From: a virus
Taxonomy: Duplodnaviria; Caudoviricetes
Length of the DNA: 49,190 nt
IMG/VR virus record: IMGVR_UViG_3300020514_000004
Span: 1-49,190 of that record
Direction: 5' to 3' (one strand)
Of the stretch, positions 37,487-46,127 are shown in pieces; the first letter of the stretch is position 1; every line of letters begins with the position of its first letter. The notes beneath the pieces were generated by a model. The model ran no database searches. It was not told where the DNA came from and worked only from the letters and a program-made list of their open reading frames with translations. A program made the translations under genes and the position numbers.

Positions 37487-38693
37487 GGTCGATCTCCGTG
37501 TGGCCGTCTCTGTCTCTCTGCAGGAACCCTTCAGCCAGGATCAACTCGGGCCACTTGCCAGGCTCAACCATGTGGAACGGGAGGTAGGGCGACGGAGTAC
37601 CGTGCTGGACTACCGGATCACCGATCTCGAATTCGCTGGGCTGGGACGTGCGGCTCGTGTACTTCCGGATGAAGGACAGGCGATCATGGTACTCGCACTT
37701 GAGATCTTCTGCAAGAAGAAGTTCCGCGGAAGTGGTGGAAATCGCAACGCACGGATCGGTCAGCCGCTCGGGCTCGAAGTGGCTGTACTCTCCGCGTCCC
37801 ATGTACCAGTCGAGGCAACGCTGTTCGTAGAGGTACGGGTCCGGCTCGCCCGTGTAGATGCGCTCGTTGCGCGGCTCGCCCTTGCGGGGTCCGCTCTTGA
37901 ACGGCGATTCGTCCAGCGTGAACGGACGGTCCTTCATCCCGAACTCAATGCTGGGCTTGCGCACCGCGACGTGCAGGACGCCGGCAACCGTGTCGCCGCC
38001 ATACTGAATGGCCATTTCTGGCTGCGCTGCCATGGCATCCGAAAGGGTGTAGTAGTAGTGCTGAGTCTGGAACTCGAGTGGGCAGGTTTGGAGTCGGGCA
38101 TTCGTGGACATGGACGTGGTCTTGAAGTCCACGATCCACAACTTGCCGGCCTTGTCTCGCACGATGCAATCAGGCTGGATGAGGCAGTCTGCGTACAGGA
38201 TCTCGGGCTCCTGCTCCACCACGGTCCAGTCCTCCGCGAACCGCTGGGCCAGGGTCTTGCCGCTGCCGTCCGGTACCTGCATGGCTGCGTTGAACCACGC
38301 GATGCTGGTTCGGGCGTCGATTTCCTCACGGGCCACCATCTCCCGCACCTTCTCCGGGCTTGCACCCATCTGCTTGGCGACCTCCCGCAGCTCTTCGCAT
38401 CGGGCCACGATGGCCTGCTCCAACGCCAGTGCCCGGTCGGTGGGGTCATCGAGAATGCAGGCGAACGCAAGGTGGACCCAGCTGCCCCGGGTCAGGGCCT
38501 TGCTGTACTGGAACGCCTTGACCAGCCCCAGCTTGCGGGACAGGTAGTAGGTGCGGGGGCAGGACCGCAGCAGGCGGTAGTCGGACGAACGGATGTGCGG
38601 CCTGCGGCTGAAGATGCCGTGGGCCTCAAGCCAACTGCGGACATCATCGTTGGTGCTGGTGGGGTACTTGACGGGTGTGGTTGGTGGGGGCAT
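37470..38693 (-). CDS. PD-(D/E)XK exonuclease (RecB/AddB/Cas4-like)
   Basis: CPRTYY, RGSWVH, IQPDCI...IVDFKTT, QTQHYY; AAGGAG RBS. Confidence 0.85.
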   Translation of the reverse strand: MPPPTTPVKYPTSTNDDVRSWLEAHGIFSRRPHIRSSDYRLLRSCPRTYYLSRKLGLVKAFQYSKALTRGSWVHLAFACILDDPTDRALALEQAIVARCEELREVAKQMGASPEKVREMVAREEIDARTSIAWFNAAMQVPDGSGKTLAQRFAEDWTVVEQEPEILYADCLIQPDCIVRDKAGKLWIVDFKTTSMSTNARLQTCPLEFQTQHYYYTLSDAMAAQPEMAIQYGGDTVAGVLHVAVRKPSIEFGMKDRPFTLDESPFKSGPRKGEPRNERIYTGEPDPYLYEQRCLDWYMGRGEYSHFEPERLTDPCVAISTTSAELLLAEDLKCEYHDRLSFIRKYTSRTSQPSEFEIGDPVVQHGTPSPYLPFHMVEPGKWPELILAEGFLQRDRDGHTEIDHGGSG

Positions 38694-38947
38694 AGGGACT
38701 CCTTGGGTGAGCGCACGCGGGGCGCACCGCGCTTCCCCGCGTGCGCGACTCTAAGGGGGACGGGTGTAGTATGTACTTCATTCACCGATGGTCTAATCAC
38801 CCGAAGATGCCGGACCCCGGCGATGGGAGTAGCGGGAATCTCCCTCGGTGACACTTGTGTAGATGTGTAGCACTTCCGCTCCAGCGGTAAGTGTTTTGGC
38901 ACGAAGCGGTCGTTTCGTAAGCAGTAAGAAAAAGTGGTAAGAGTTTC

Positions 38948-39217
38948 TTACAGGGATCTGCGGTACCCCACCCGCCACAGGGCAGCGGAGATGGCGTTCG
39001 CGGTCTCCTCCACGGCCTCCTCGTCGAGGTCCCACAGCGCGGCGTGCAGGACCTCGTGGATGATGGAGTCCAGCGTGCGGTCTTCGGGATAGCCCAGGGC
39101 AATGCGGATGATGCGTTCGTCCTTGCGGCACAGGCCCTCGGCGTCCCCCAGGTTCGCCACGAAGCGAAGCCTCCAGCGCTGACCACGGATCTTGAGGATG
39201 CGGTCGCCCTTCGCCAT
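38948..39217 (-). CDS. Small HExxH zincin-like metallopeptidase
   Basis: TLDSIIHEVLHA followed by EEAVE. Confidence 0.7.
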   Translation of the reverse strand: MAKGDRILKIRGQRWRLRFVANLGDAEGLCRKDERIIRIALGYPEDRTLDSIIHEVLHAALWDLDEEAVEETANAISAALWRVGYRRSL

Positions 39218-39229
39218 GGCTGGTGGGGG

Positions 39230-40147
39230 TCAGTGCGCGAGGTGGAATTCGGGGGTGAGCTGGTAGTAGGTCTTGGCTTCGCCGCTGCCTGCGGTTCGTC
39301 CGGACTTCTTGGCGAGGTACAGCCGCATCCAGACCGCGCCCTGTACTTCGGGACCCCGGCCCTGCTCGATGTGCCAGCCGCTGTGTCCGTCTCCGAACTC
39401 GTCCTTGTAGGTGCCGGTGCGGACGTGGTACTGGATGTCGCTCACGACGCGGCAACCTCCCCTGTCGCAGACCAGCCGCTCGCGGGACAGGGGCATGAAC
39501 CACTGCTTGTGCACGTGGCCCTGCACGATGACGTCTGCGTCCGGCATGACGGCTGCGTTGCGCCGGACCTTCAGGGTGTCGAAGGACATGAGGGCCGCGC
39601 CGCCCGCACCGTGGAAGTACTTGAGGCTGAGCGTGTACCGCTCGTTGTTCAGCTCCGCAAGGAACCGGACCCACCCGCCGTAGCCGCCGGGGTGAACCTT
39701 GTGCCCGGACATCTGGGACATGCGCTCGCAGGTGCGCTCGGTCAGGTCCGTCTCGCAGTTCTTCAGGATCGCGGACTCGTGATTGCCCCTGCCGATGACC
39801 ACGAAGTTGGCTGAGTACGGCGCGTAGAAATCGGCGGCGTGGCGGACTAGGGAATCGAGGTAGTCCGCAGCCAGTGCATGCTCTTCGCGAATGCCGCTCT
39901 TGTTCCGGCGAGGGTCGAACTTCCCTTCCATCGCGCAGTGAAGATCACCCACATCAATGATGCCTGCATTGCGTTCAAGCACCTGGTCCAGATGGAGCTT
40001 TTCGAGGGCATGGTCTGCGTGGGGATTGTCATGGTGGCGGTCCCCGGACAGGAGGAACCACCACTCGTTCGTTCTCGCGGTGCACGTCAAGTCGACGAGG
40101 TGTATGTTCCTCGACGCTGCCCTCACCTGGAACGGGACGTCAGGCAT
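39230..40147 (-). CDS. Calcineurin-like metallophosphoesterase
   Basis: GDRH, GDLH, GNHE, FHG, GHVH motifs; start MPDVPF at 40147 by TGATG coupling. Confidence 0.85.
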   Translation of the reverse strand: MPDVPFQVRAASRNIHLVDLTCTARTNEWWFLLSGDRHHDNPHADHALEKLHLDQVLERNAGIIDVGDLHCAMEGKFDPRRNKSGIREEHALAADYLDSLVRHAADFYAPYSANFVVIGRGNHESAILKNCETDLTERTCERMSQMSGHKVHPGGYGGWVRFLAELNNERYTLSLKYFHGAGGAALMSFDTLKVRRNAAVMPDADVIVQGHVHKQWFMPLSRERLVCDRGGCRVVSDIQYHVRTGTYKDEFGDGHSGWHIEQGRGPEVQGAVWMRLYLAKKSGRTAGSGEAKTYYQLTPEFHLAH

Positions 40148-40263
40148 CAGAACTTGGAGCCGTGCTTCTTGCAGAGGTACCAGCCGGCGACGAAGCCGAC
40201 CACACCGAGCAGGGCCGCGAACCACAGGTTACCGAGAAAGTCAGAGAAACTTGCGAGGATCAT
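40147..40263 (-). CDS. 38 aa single-pass membrane peptide MILASFSDFLGNLWFAALLGVVGFVAGWYLCKKHGSKF
   Basis: AAGGA RBS, coupled at both ends, one TM helix with basic tail; not in the ORF track. Confidence 0.7.
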   Translation of the reverse strand: MILASFSDFLGNLWFAALLGVVGFVAGWYLCKKHGSKF

Positions 40264-40763
40264 TTGCGTTCCTTCTTGTGAATGCGTCGCCACGCAGCAT
40301 CAAACTCCGGGTCTGATGCCCGCCGCGCAGCGACATACTCGCGGGCATCTTCAGGTTTGTCCGGGTCCAGCATGCCGGCGGCGAGGTCTGCGTCCTGGAC
40401 CTTCCGGCGCGGGAGCCAGCCAATTGCGATTCGGACAGCGGTGCCAAGGCCCGTCTGCCAGAGGAGGATGACCACCGCCACGGCAACCACGGCTCCAGCC
40501 ACCCACATGAGCGTTTCCATCCACGCAGGGGTCCGGTCCTCAAGGCCAGGTAGCTGGTCATGAATGCCAGCAGCCAGGCCGTAGATTCGTTCGGCACGGG
40601 CAACAACCTCCTTGTCCTGCATCTGCTCGCCGTGCAGGGACAAGGCACGTGCTTCCGACCGGATCTCGTTGGCGTTGTCCGAGACCCGCTGCGTTGCGCT
40701 GCACCCCACCAGCAGGCTAGCGGCCAGCGTCAAGCTGGCGCTCAATCTTGTCCAGCCGCGCAT
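40260..40763 (-). CDS. Lipoprotein with an internal TM helix (spanin-like)
   Basis: Signal peptide with lipobox LVGC; TM LMWVAGAVVAVAVVILLW. Confidence 0.6.
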   Translation of the reverse strand: MRGWTRLSASLTLAASLLVGCSATQRVSDNANEIRSEARALSLHGEQMQDKEVVARAERIYGLAAGIHDQLPGLEDRTPAWMETLMWVAGAVVAVAVVILLWQTGLGTAVRIAIGWLPRRKVQDADLAAGMLDPDKPEDAREYVAARRASDPEFDAAWRRIHKKERK

Positions 40764-40917
40764 TGATGTTCTCCTGCTGGGTGAGCAGACGCATCAGCAT
40801 CCGGTCGTGGTGCATGAAGGCGCCGATCACGCCACCGCTCACGGTGACCACGAGGGCAATGATGGCAGTCCAGTCACGGACCGACAGCTTGACGGTGTTG
40901 TTCTGCTCTAGGGTCAT
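40717..40917 (-). CDS. Holin-like single-TM coiled-coil protein
   Basis: WTAIIALVVTVSGGVIGAF then a heptad tail; follows the spike gene. Confidence 0.5.
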   Translation of the reverse strand: MTLEQNNTVKLSVRDWTAIIALVVTVSGGVIGAFMHHDRMLMRLLTQQENINARLDKIERQLDAGR

Positions 40918-40926
40918 GGTTTATTG

Positions 40927-43182
40927 TTATGGAGTAATTGCGCCGTAAGTCTTCCACGTACCCGGGCTACCCGCTGCTGTGCACACCGCACCCAAGAATC
41001 CTCCAGCGGTAGGTGTGGTGTATTCAATCCTGTCTCCGATTGCCCAGCGGCCAGTATTGGCACCAGGAACTGCATTCAACTCGTACACCACAATTTTGTC
41101 TCCCTGCTTGCTTGCAATGTAACCGCACTTAAACCCACCAGGAGAGCCGTCTCCGTACGAAATGCTGGTCTTGCTTGTCACATTTTCAAACACGTTGTCG
41201 CAGATGGGAACAGTGGAATCATTGCTGGTGTTCTTGGAGATTCCGAATCCAACATTGCAGTCTTTGATCACATTGTTTGAGTAGTTGACTGTGAAGAACC
41301 TGGTCGTGTCAGCAAAGTACTGATACAAGCTGACGGCAACGTGGAAATTTTCAAAGACATTTCCAAATACCTGCGTGTATAGCGGCCGAGACACGCGAAC
41401 ACCAGCATTGAGTTCAGTAACAGCAGCTCCTGGACTTCCTCCTCCGGAAGTCCGATCATGGCCCTTGAAGTAATTGTTGCGCACAAACGACATAACGGTT
41501 CCCACCTGTGAATCAAGAAGCACGGACGGGAAGTTGTAATTTGTGCGCTTAAACACGTTGTCTTCAATAATCAAACCGCCAACATCACTTCTTCCTGAAG
41601 ATGCTGCATACCAAATGTCATGCTTGGTTGTTCCAGAAATGACGTTGCCCTTGATTACGCACTTTCCTGCGCGACTTGAAATCATGAAGCCATAACCAGC
41701 GCTTTCGATGATCGTGTTGTTTGAGAACGTTGGGCCGTCAACAGGCGTAGTGGTGGTAGCAATGAAGTTGATTCCACCCGAAGTAGGGTGGTTGTTCTTG
41801 TAGATCAAGTTGTTGGTGATCAACGTCTTGGGGCTTTGGCTGCTAGTCCAGATCCCTCCAGTTAGTCCGGAAGTGTCAGCTGTTGCCTGGCTTACCTTAG
41901 AAATTATGTTGTTGGCACAGACAATCGGGCCACTGGTTTCCAGAGTCCCCCCCTGAAGGTAGATACCGGTAAGCCGTGTGTTTCTGCAAACGTTATTGGA
42001 GACAACAGCACGAGGCCCATCAACAGTTTGATCCCCATACCCAACAGAAATTGCGTGTCGACGAACCCCGCCATTTGCTGCTTCTGCCCACGTCCCACCA
42101 ACAGTGCACGTAGTCGCATCTAGAGTCACAACAACATTGCCATTGACAACAATGTCTGCGTTTCCTCCGTAAGCGTCAACCCAAATCCCAAGACAGTTGT
42201 TGCTCAAACTAAAGTTGTTCTCAACAACAATTCGGTTGATGCCCAGAGTGTTGGTAAGGTCATTGCCAACAACAACAATGTCTCCAGAACTAGAGGTTGC
42301 GGGATCTGCATCCCAAGTAGAGCCATAGACAATGTTGTCTTTGATGCTTACGTCTCGACAAGCATTGATCTGAACCCCGCATTCTGTCCTAGATAGCTTG
42401 ATCCAGTTTGCAACAATGGCAACATTGTTCTTGCCTGCTGCATAAACTGCGTTCTGGTTTGCATAGTCGTAACCAGCAGCAACATTGGTTGGCATCTCAA
42501 GATTGAGATTGCTGATTACGGTGTCATGCCCCATCTCAAAGATGTTTTTCTTGAGTGTAATTTGCTTGATAAGTGAGCCAAATCCTTGGCCTACCACAGA
42601 AACACCATTTGGAATGGTCAGCTTGTCGGTGATCCGATAGAAAGAAGATGTTGCAGGAATAAGAACAGAAGAGTCTGTATTTCCTGCAGAAGTAAGAGCT
42701 GCCTGGATTGCGGCGGTGTCGTCAGTCACCCCGTCGCCGACAGCGCCGAAGTCCTTGACGCTCACCTGCTCGGCAAGCTTGGACGAGACCTCGCGAACCG
42801 TGCTTGATCCAGGTGCCAGGTAGTTGACCTGGCTGGTGCTTGACTTGGTGCTGGACAGAAGAGCCCAGACATTCTGGCCCAACGTCGCGGCTTCGGTCGC
42901 GATGAACTGACCGCCACCGTCAGTGGACTTGATGACAGTGCCCGTTGAACTCGGGACAAGGAAGTCGCCGGCAGCGATGGTGCCACCTGCACGCAGGAGC
43001 CGGGTGCTGTTCTCGTCGGTCTGAAGTTCAATGACTTCACCCGACGCCTTCTGCGAGTAGGTGGTCACACCGAACACGACATCGGAGCTGGAGGTGGTGA
43101 CTCCGACTTGGTCCGACCCCACCAGCTTGACGCAGCTGTAGCCGGGGATCGTGCCTGACGCGGTGAGTTGAAGTTCGTTCAT
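40927..43182 (-). CDS. Spike/fibre protein with right-handed beta-helix (pectate lyase-like) domain
   Basis: VSVKDFGAVGDGVTDDTAAIQAA, repeated IxNN parallel-beta motifs, C-terminal GSPGTWKTYG. Confidence 0.85.
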   Translation of the reverse strand: MNELQLTASGTIPGYSCVKLVGSDQVGVTTSSSDVVFGVTTYSQKASGEVIELQTDENSTRLLRAGGTIAAGDFLVPSSTGTVIKSTDGGGQFIATEAATLGQNVWALLSSTKSSTSQVNYLAPGSSTVREVSSKLAEQVSVKDFGAVGDGVTDDTAAIQAALTSAGNTDSSVLIPATSSFYRITDKLTIPNGVSVVGQGFGSLIKQITLKKNIFEMGHDTVISNLNLEMPTNVAAGYDYANQNAVYAAGKNNVAIVANWIKLSRTECGVQINACRDVSIKDNIVYGSTWDADPATSSSGDIVVVGNDLTNTLGINRIVVENNFSLSNNCLGIWVDAYGGNADIVVNGNVVVTLDATTCTVGGTWAEAANGGVRRHAISVGYGDQTVDGPRAVVSNNVCRNTRLTGIYLQGGTLETSGPIVCANNIISKVSQATADTSGLTGGIWTSSQSPKTLITNNLIYKNNHPTSGGINFIATTTTPVDGPTFSNNTIIESAGYGFMISSRAGKCVIKGNVISGTTKHDIWYAASSGRSDVGGLIIEDNVFKRTNYNFPSVLLDSQVGTVMSFVRNNYFKGHDRTSGGGSPGAAVTELNAGVRVSRPLYTQVFGNVFENFHVAVSLYQYFADTTRFFTVNYSNNVIKDCNVGFGISKNTSNDSTVPICDNVFENVTSKTSISYGDGSPGGFKCGYIASKQGDKIVVYELNAVPGANTGRWAIGDRIEYTTPTAGGFLGAVCTAAGSPGTWKTYGAITP

Positions 43183-43192
43183 GGGAGTTCTT

Positions 43193-44743
43193 TTACTTGA
43201 GCAGGTTTTGAATCATGTATCCAGCAAGAACCATGTATCCGTTCGACGAAGAAGTTCCGGTTGCCTGGAAACCTGCACCCCCACCAGGGGGTGGATTTGT
43301 CACGCTTGCAACAACACTCTGGTTCCAAGTCGTAACCACCGCCGTAATTGGTGCAGCCCTGAGATGCGCCGCATAAGGTGCAAACGGAGAGGATCCGGCA
43401 GTGCCCGTTTCATAGATCGAATACAGGTTGGAATCACTGAGCTGTGCAGCTGTCCTGTAATCTTCAAAGTCAACGAACGTCACGTTCGTCTTCCCGGAAA
43501 CCCAAGCCTTTGCCTGGTCTGCAAACAACTTCTTCTGTGTCGCCCAACTGGCACCACCGGCCATCGACGCAGGAGTGGGGTGAGTAGCCGCAATCAGGAA
43601 ACAAAGATCCGATTCCGGGAAGGACCAATGGCTCCATGCGGATCGGAAGGTCGAGACAATCGAGTCAAGGCTGGTGGGGTAACTCGATGATGTTGCACCA
43701 TCATTGATGCCGCTCTGAAGGAAGATCATGACGCGACCGGAACCACCTGCTTCTATCTGACGTTCCCGAAGTTCCTTGACGTAAAACCTGAGGGTGTTCA
43801 GGTTGTTCGACATGTCGGTCGCAAGCTGAGCAGTCGTTCTTCCGCCGTAGTAAGTGAGGTTGGAGACCGAGTATCCCTTCTTGCTCTGGAACATCAACGA
43901 GTGCCAGAAGAAAGCGCAGGGACTTACTGCGTAATCTGCAACAGTGCCACTTGCATACCCGTCCACGTTGCATCCAAACATCACGGATCGGTCAGAGACT
44001 TCGGGGGAGTTGAAGTTCAACTTGGCTGCCGCAGTTCCGGCATTGACTCCAAGAGTTCCCGTGTTCGTGGTGATTGCGCTCGAAGACCGGGCAACAACGG
44101 TGTTGACCCCGCGCACTACCTGCAACTTGAACTGACCAGACCCGCTCGTGAACGTTCCGTACACGACTCGGTACTGAAGGGCGTTTGATCCCGTTCCATC
44201 CTTGATTGCAAAGGTAGTTCCTGCTCCAACGGAAATGGCGGGACCATTGCCTGCAGATGTGGCGGTTCCGCCTCGAACGAAAAGCCCGTCGTATCCAAAC
44301 GAATATGGCTTGAGAAGCGAGAAGTTGTTGCCGGTCAGGAAGCCCTGGATTGCCAGGGCATCTGTGTCGCCTGCAGTCGCTGCGGTTGCAAGGTTCGTGA
44401 TGAGTCCCGTTTGCCCAGCGCCGCCACCGCTGTTTCCGGTGCCGCCGAAGCGGTAAAGGCAGTAGTCAGTAAACGTCCTGTTGTTTCCAACTCCATCGTT
44501 TGCCATGATGGAAAGAGGAGTTGCGTATTCGGAAGCGCCTGCATACCCAAGAGCGCATCGGATGCCATCGTTGTACCCAAAGAGGTCGTACCAAGTGTTG
44601 CTGTCACCGATGGTGACAATGTCCAGGGAGTTTGATCCCGACACAACATCTTTGATAAATTGAGAAGCCCTGGAACTCCCGTAGATTCCTGCTGCTTGGG
44701 GATAAGAGAACAGAGAACGGGTGCGGTTGCGGTATTCGTACAT
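43193..44743 (-). CDS. SGNH/GDSL-hydrolase-like virion protein
   Basis: IVTIGDSN (block I), GGRT (II), GIND (III), late His; start MYEYRNR at 44743. Confidence 0.7.
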   Translation of the reverse strand: MYEYRNRTRSLFSYPQAAGIYGSSRASQFIKDVVSGSNSLDIVTIGDSNTWYDLFGYNDGIRCALGYAGASEYATPLSIMANDGVGNNRTFTDYCLYRFGGTGNSGGGAGQTGLITNLATAATAGDTDALAIQGFLTGNNFSLLKPYSFGYDGLFVRGGTATSAGNGPAISVGAGTTFAIKDGTGSNALQYRVVYGTFTSGSGQFKLQVVRGVNTVVARSSSAITTNTGTLGVNAGTAAAKLNFNSPEVSDRSVMFGCNVDGYASGTVADYAVSPCAFFWHSLMFQSKKGYSVSNLTYYGGRTTAQLATDMSNNLNTLRFYVKELRERQIEAGGSGRVMIFLQSGINDGATSSSYPTSLDSIVSTFRSAWSHWSFPESDLCFLIAATHPTPASMAGGASWATQKKLFADQAKAWVSGKTNVTFVDFEDYRTAAQLSDSNLYSIYETGTAGSSPFAPYAAHLRAAPITAVVTTWNQSVVASVTNPPPGGGAGFQATGTSSSNGYMVLAGYMIQNLLK

Positions 44744-44745
44744 GG

Positions 44746-45228
44746 TCAGAGCCCCGAGCTGAGGACATGGATCGTGGTGCCCGTGGCATCCACAGCGCAG
44801 ACCTCGAGAGTATGGCAACCGACCGTGTCGATCATCACGAACCCGCCGTTGCCCGTACCAGACACGCCCGGGTAGAACTTGGCGTCTCCCGTAAGCAGAG
44901 CCATGCTTGCGACTTCGTAGAGGGTGACTCCCTCGGGGGAAGTCTGCGAGGTGGCGGACATGGTTGTGCTGAAGGAGCACAGGAGCTGCGGCACGTACGT
45001 CATGGTGTCGGACCAGAACGACCAGCCGAACACGTAGATGGTGGGTGCCGTGGTCCCGGTGGACAGCAGCTTGAGCTTGATGTAGTTGAGGCTGGAGCCG
45101 AAGACCGTCGAGTTACTTCCGGTCGGCCGGGTCGTGGTCGTCACCCGGTTCGGGGTTCCCGACGTCGCTGACGTGAACGTGTTGCGGCTGAAGTTCTTGA
45201 CGTCCGTGGTGAGGGTGACCTGTGCCAT
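44746..45228 (-). CDS. Putative virion structural protein
   Basis: Thr/Ser-rich, 160 aa, AGGAG RBS. Confidence 0.6.
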   Translation of the reverse strand: MAQVTLTTDVKNFSRNTFTSATSGTPNRVTTTTRPTGSNSTVFGSSLNYIKLKLLSTGTTAPTIYVFGWSFWSDTMTYVPQLLCSFSTTMSATSQTSPEGVTLYEVASMALLTGDAKFYPGVSGTGNGGFVMIDTVGCHTLEVCAVDATGTTIHVLSSGL

Positions 45229-45718
45229 TCCGCTCCTGCGACAGGAGCCACCTCAATGCCCACTCACCTGCGGCCCTACGCTGGCCGGTCGTGCTCAGGG
45301 GAAGAAGCATCAGGGGCAACCCGTGCTCCCCGATGATATCCAATAAAGCATCCGTCGCAACACCCGGATGCGGAAGTCCAGCACGCACATCAAACCCTCC
45401 GATTGCGCCCTCGAACAGGAGGCAGGCAGTGCGGCATTCCCCCACCAGCCGCTTGCAACAGTCCAGGAACCGGCGTCTGCCGTCCATCGTCATGCAGTTA
45501 CCGGCGATCTCCTCGAAGCTGCCCTTCCGCTCGATTGCGGAGCTGCCCCCCACCAACCGGTAGTCCCCTGTCTTGATGGTCTGAGACTGCGTGCGGACCG
45601 TCAATGTGCGGGACCGACCGGCGGTGGGTGGCTTGCTCCTGTCCAGCACCACAAGGTGTGCGGGAAAGGTTAGGGGCTTCTTCTCCCTGCTGTCGATCAG
45701 GACGGTGACGTGGGACAC
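45113..45718 (-). CDS. ERCC4 (XPF/Mus81-type) structure-specific nuclease
   Basis: IDSREK, TGDY, IERKG, LLFEG motifs; GGAGG RBS. Confidence 0.85.
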   Translation of the reverse strand: MSHVTVLIDSREKKPLTFPAHLVVLDRSKPPTAGRSRTLTVRTQSQTIKTGDYRLVGGSSAIERKGSFEEIAGNCMTMDGRRRFLDCCKRLVGECRTACLLFEGAIGGFDVRAGLPHPGVATDALLDIIGEHGLPLMLLPLSTTGQRRAAGEWALRWLLSQERNGTGHPHHGRQELQPQHVHVSDVGNPEPGDDHDPADRK

Positions 45719-45734
45719 GCCTCCATCCTAGCGA

Positions 45735-46127
45735 TCAACCTTCGCCCTTGTACAACTCGACCGCCAGGGTCCGCTGAAGTTCCTCGACCGGGCTGGTCTC
45801 GGGCTTGGTGGGGACCCGGTTCATGGCGGGGGCCAGCACCATCTGCTTCAGCCACCACTCAGGGGTGGGCAGGAAACCCATGTCCTCCATCACGTGCTGC
45901 TCGGCGATGACACGGACGGGGATCTTCTTGCCTTCGCTGGTGGGGACCGTGGTTCCGAACTCCTCCTCGCACCAGAAGATGCCGGCGGTGTGGTGCCGAA
46001 GTGCACGGTGGCGGGCGTCACCGAAGAACGCTTTGGTTGCATCGAACCAGTCGTGGATATACTGGTAGTCGGAGGGCTGGCCGCCGTGCTTCTTGGCGGA
46101 CGAGAGGGCGTGGTGGTAGGGGTGCAT
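45735..46127 (-). CDS. DUF6915-like His-rich protein
   Basis: HPYHHALSSAKKHGG, IHDWFD, RHRALRHH, AEQHVMED. Confidence 0.75.
   Translation of the reverse strand: MHPYHHALSSAKKHGGQPSDYQYIHDWFDATKAFFGDARHRALRHHTAGIFWCEEEFGTTVPTSEGKKIPVRVIAEQHVMEDMGFLPTPEWWLKQMVLAPAMNRVPTKPETSPVEELQRTLAVELYKGEG

Noticed and set aside
37470-38693. Cas4-like nuclease as evidence of CRISPR-Cas
   Set aside because: No array or other cas genes; context is a phage recombination module
38782-38851. Cloverleaf-like fold as a tRNA
   Set aside because: No TTCRA T-loop, no 7 nt anticodon loop, no CCA
45113-45228. 116 nt overlap of the ERCC4 ORF tail with the next gene as a programmed frameshift
   Set aside because: No slippery sequence seen; downstream gene has its own AGGAG RBS; likely a run-on tail
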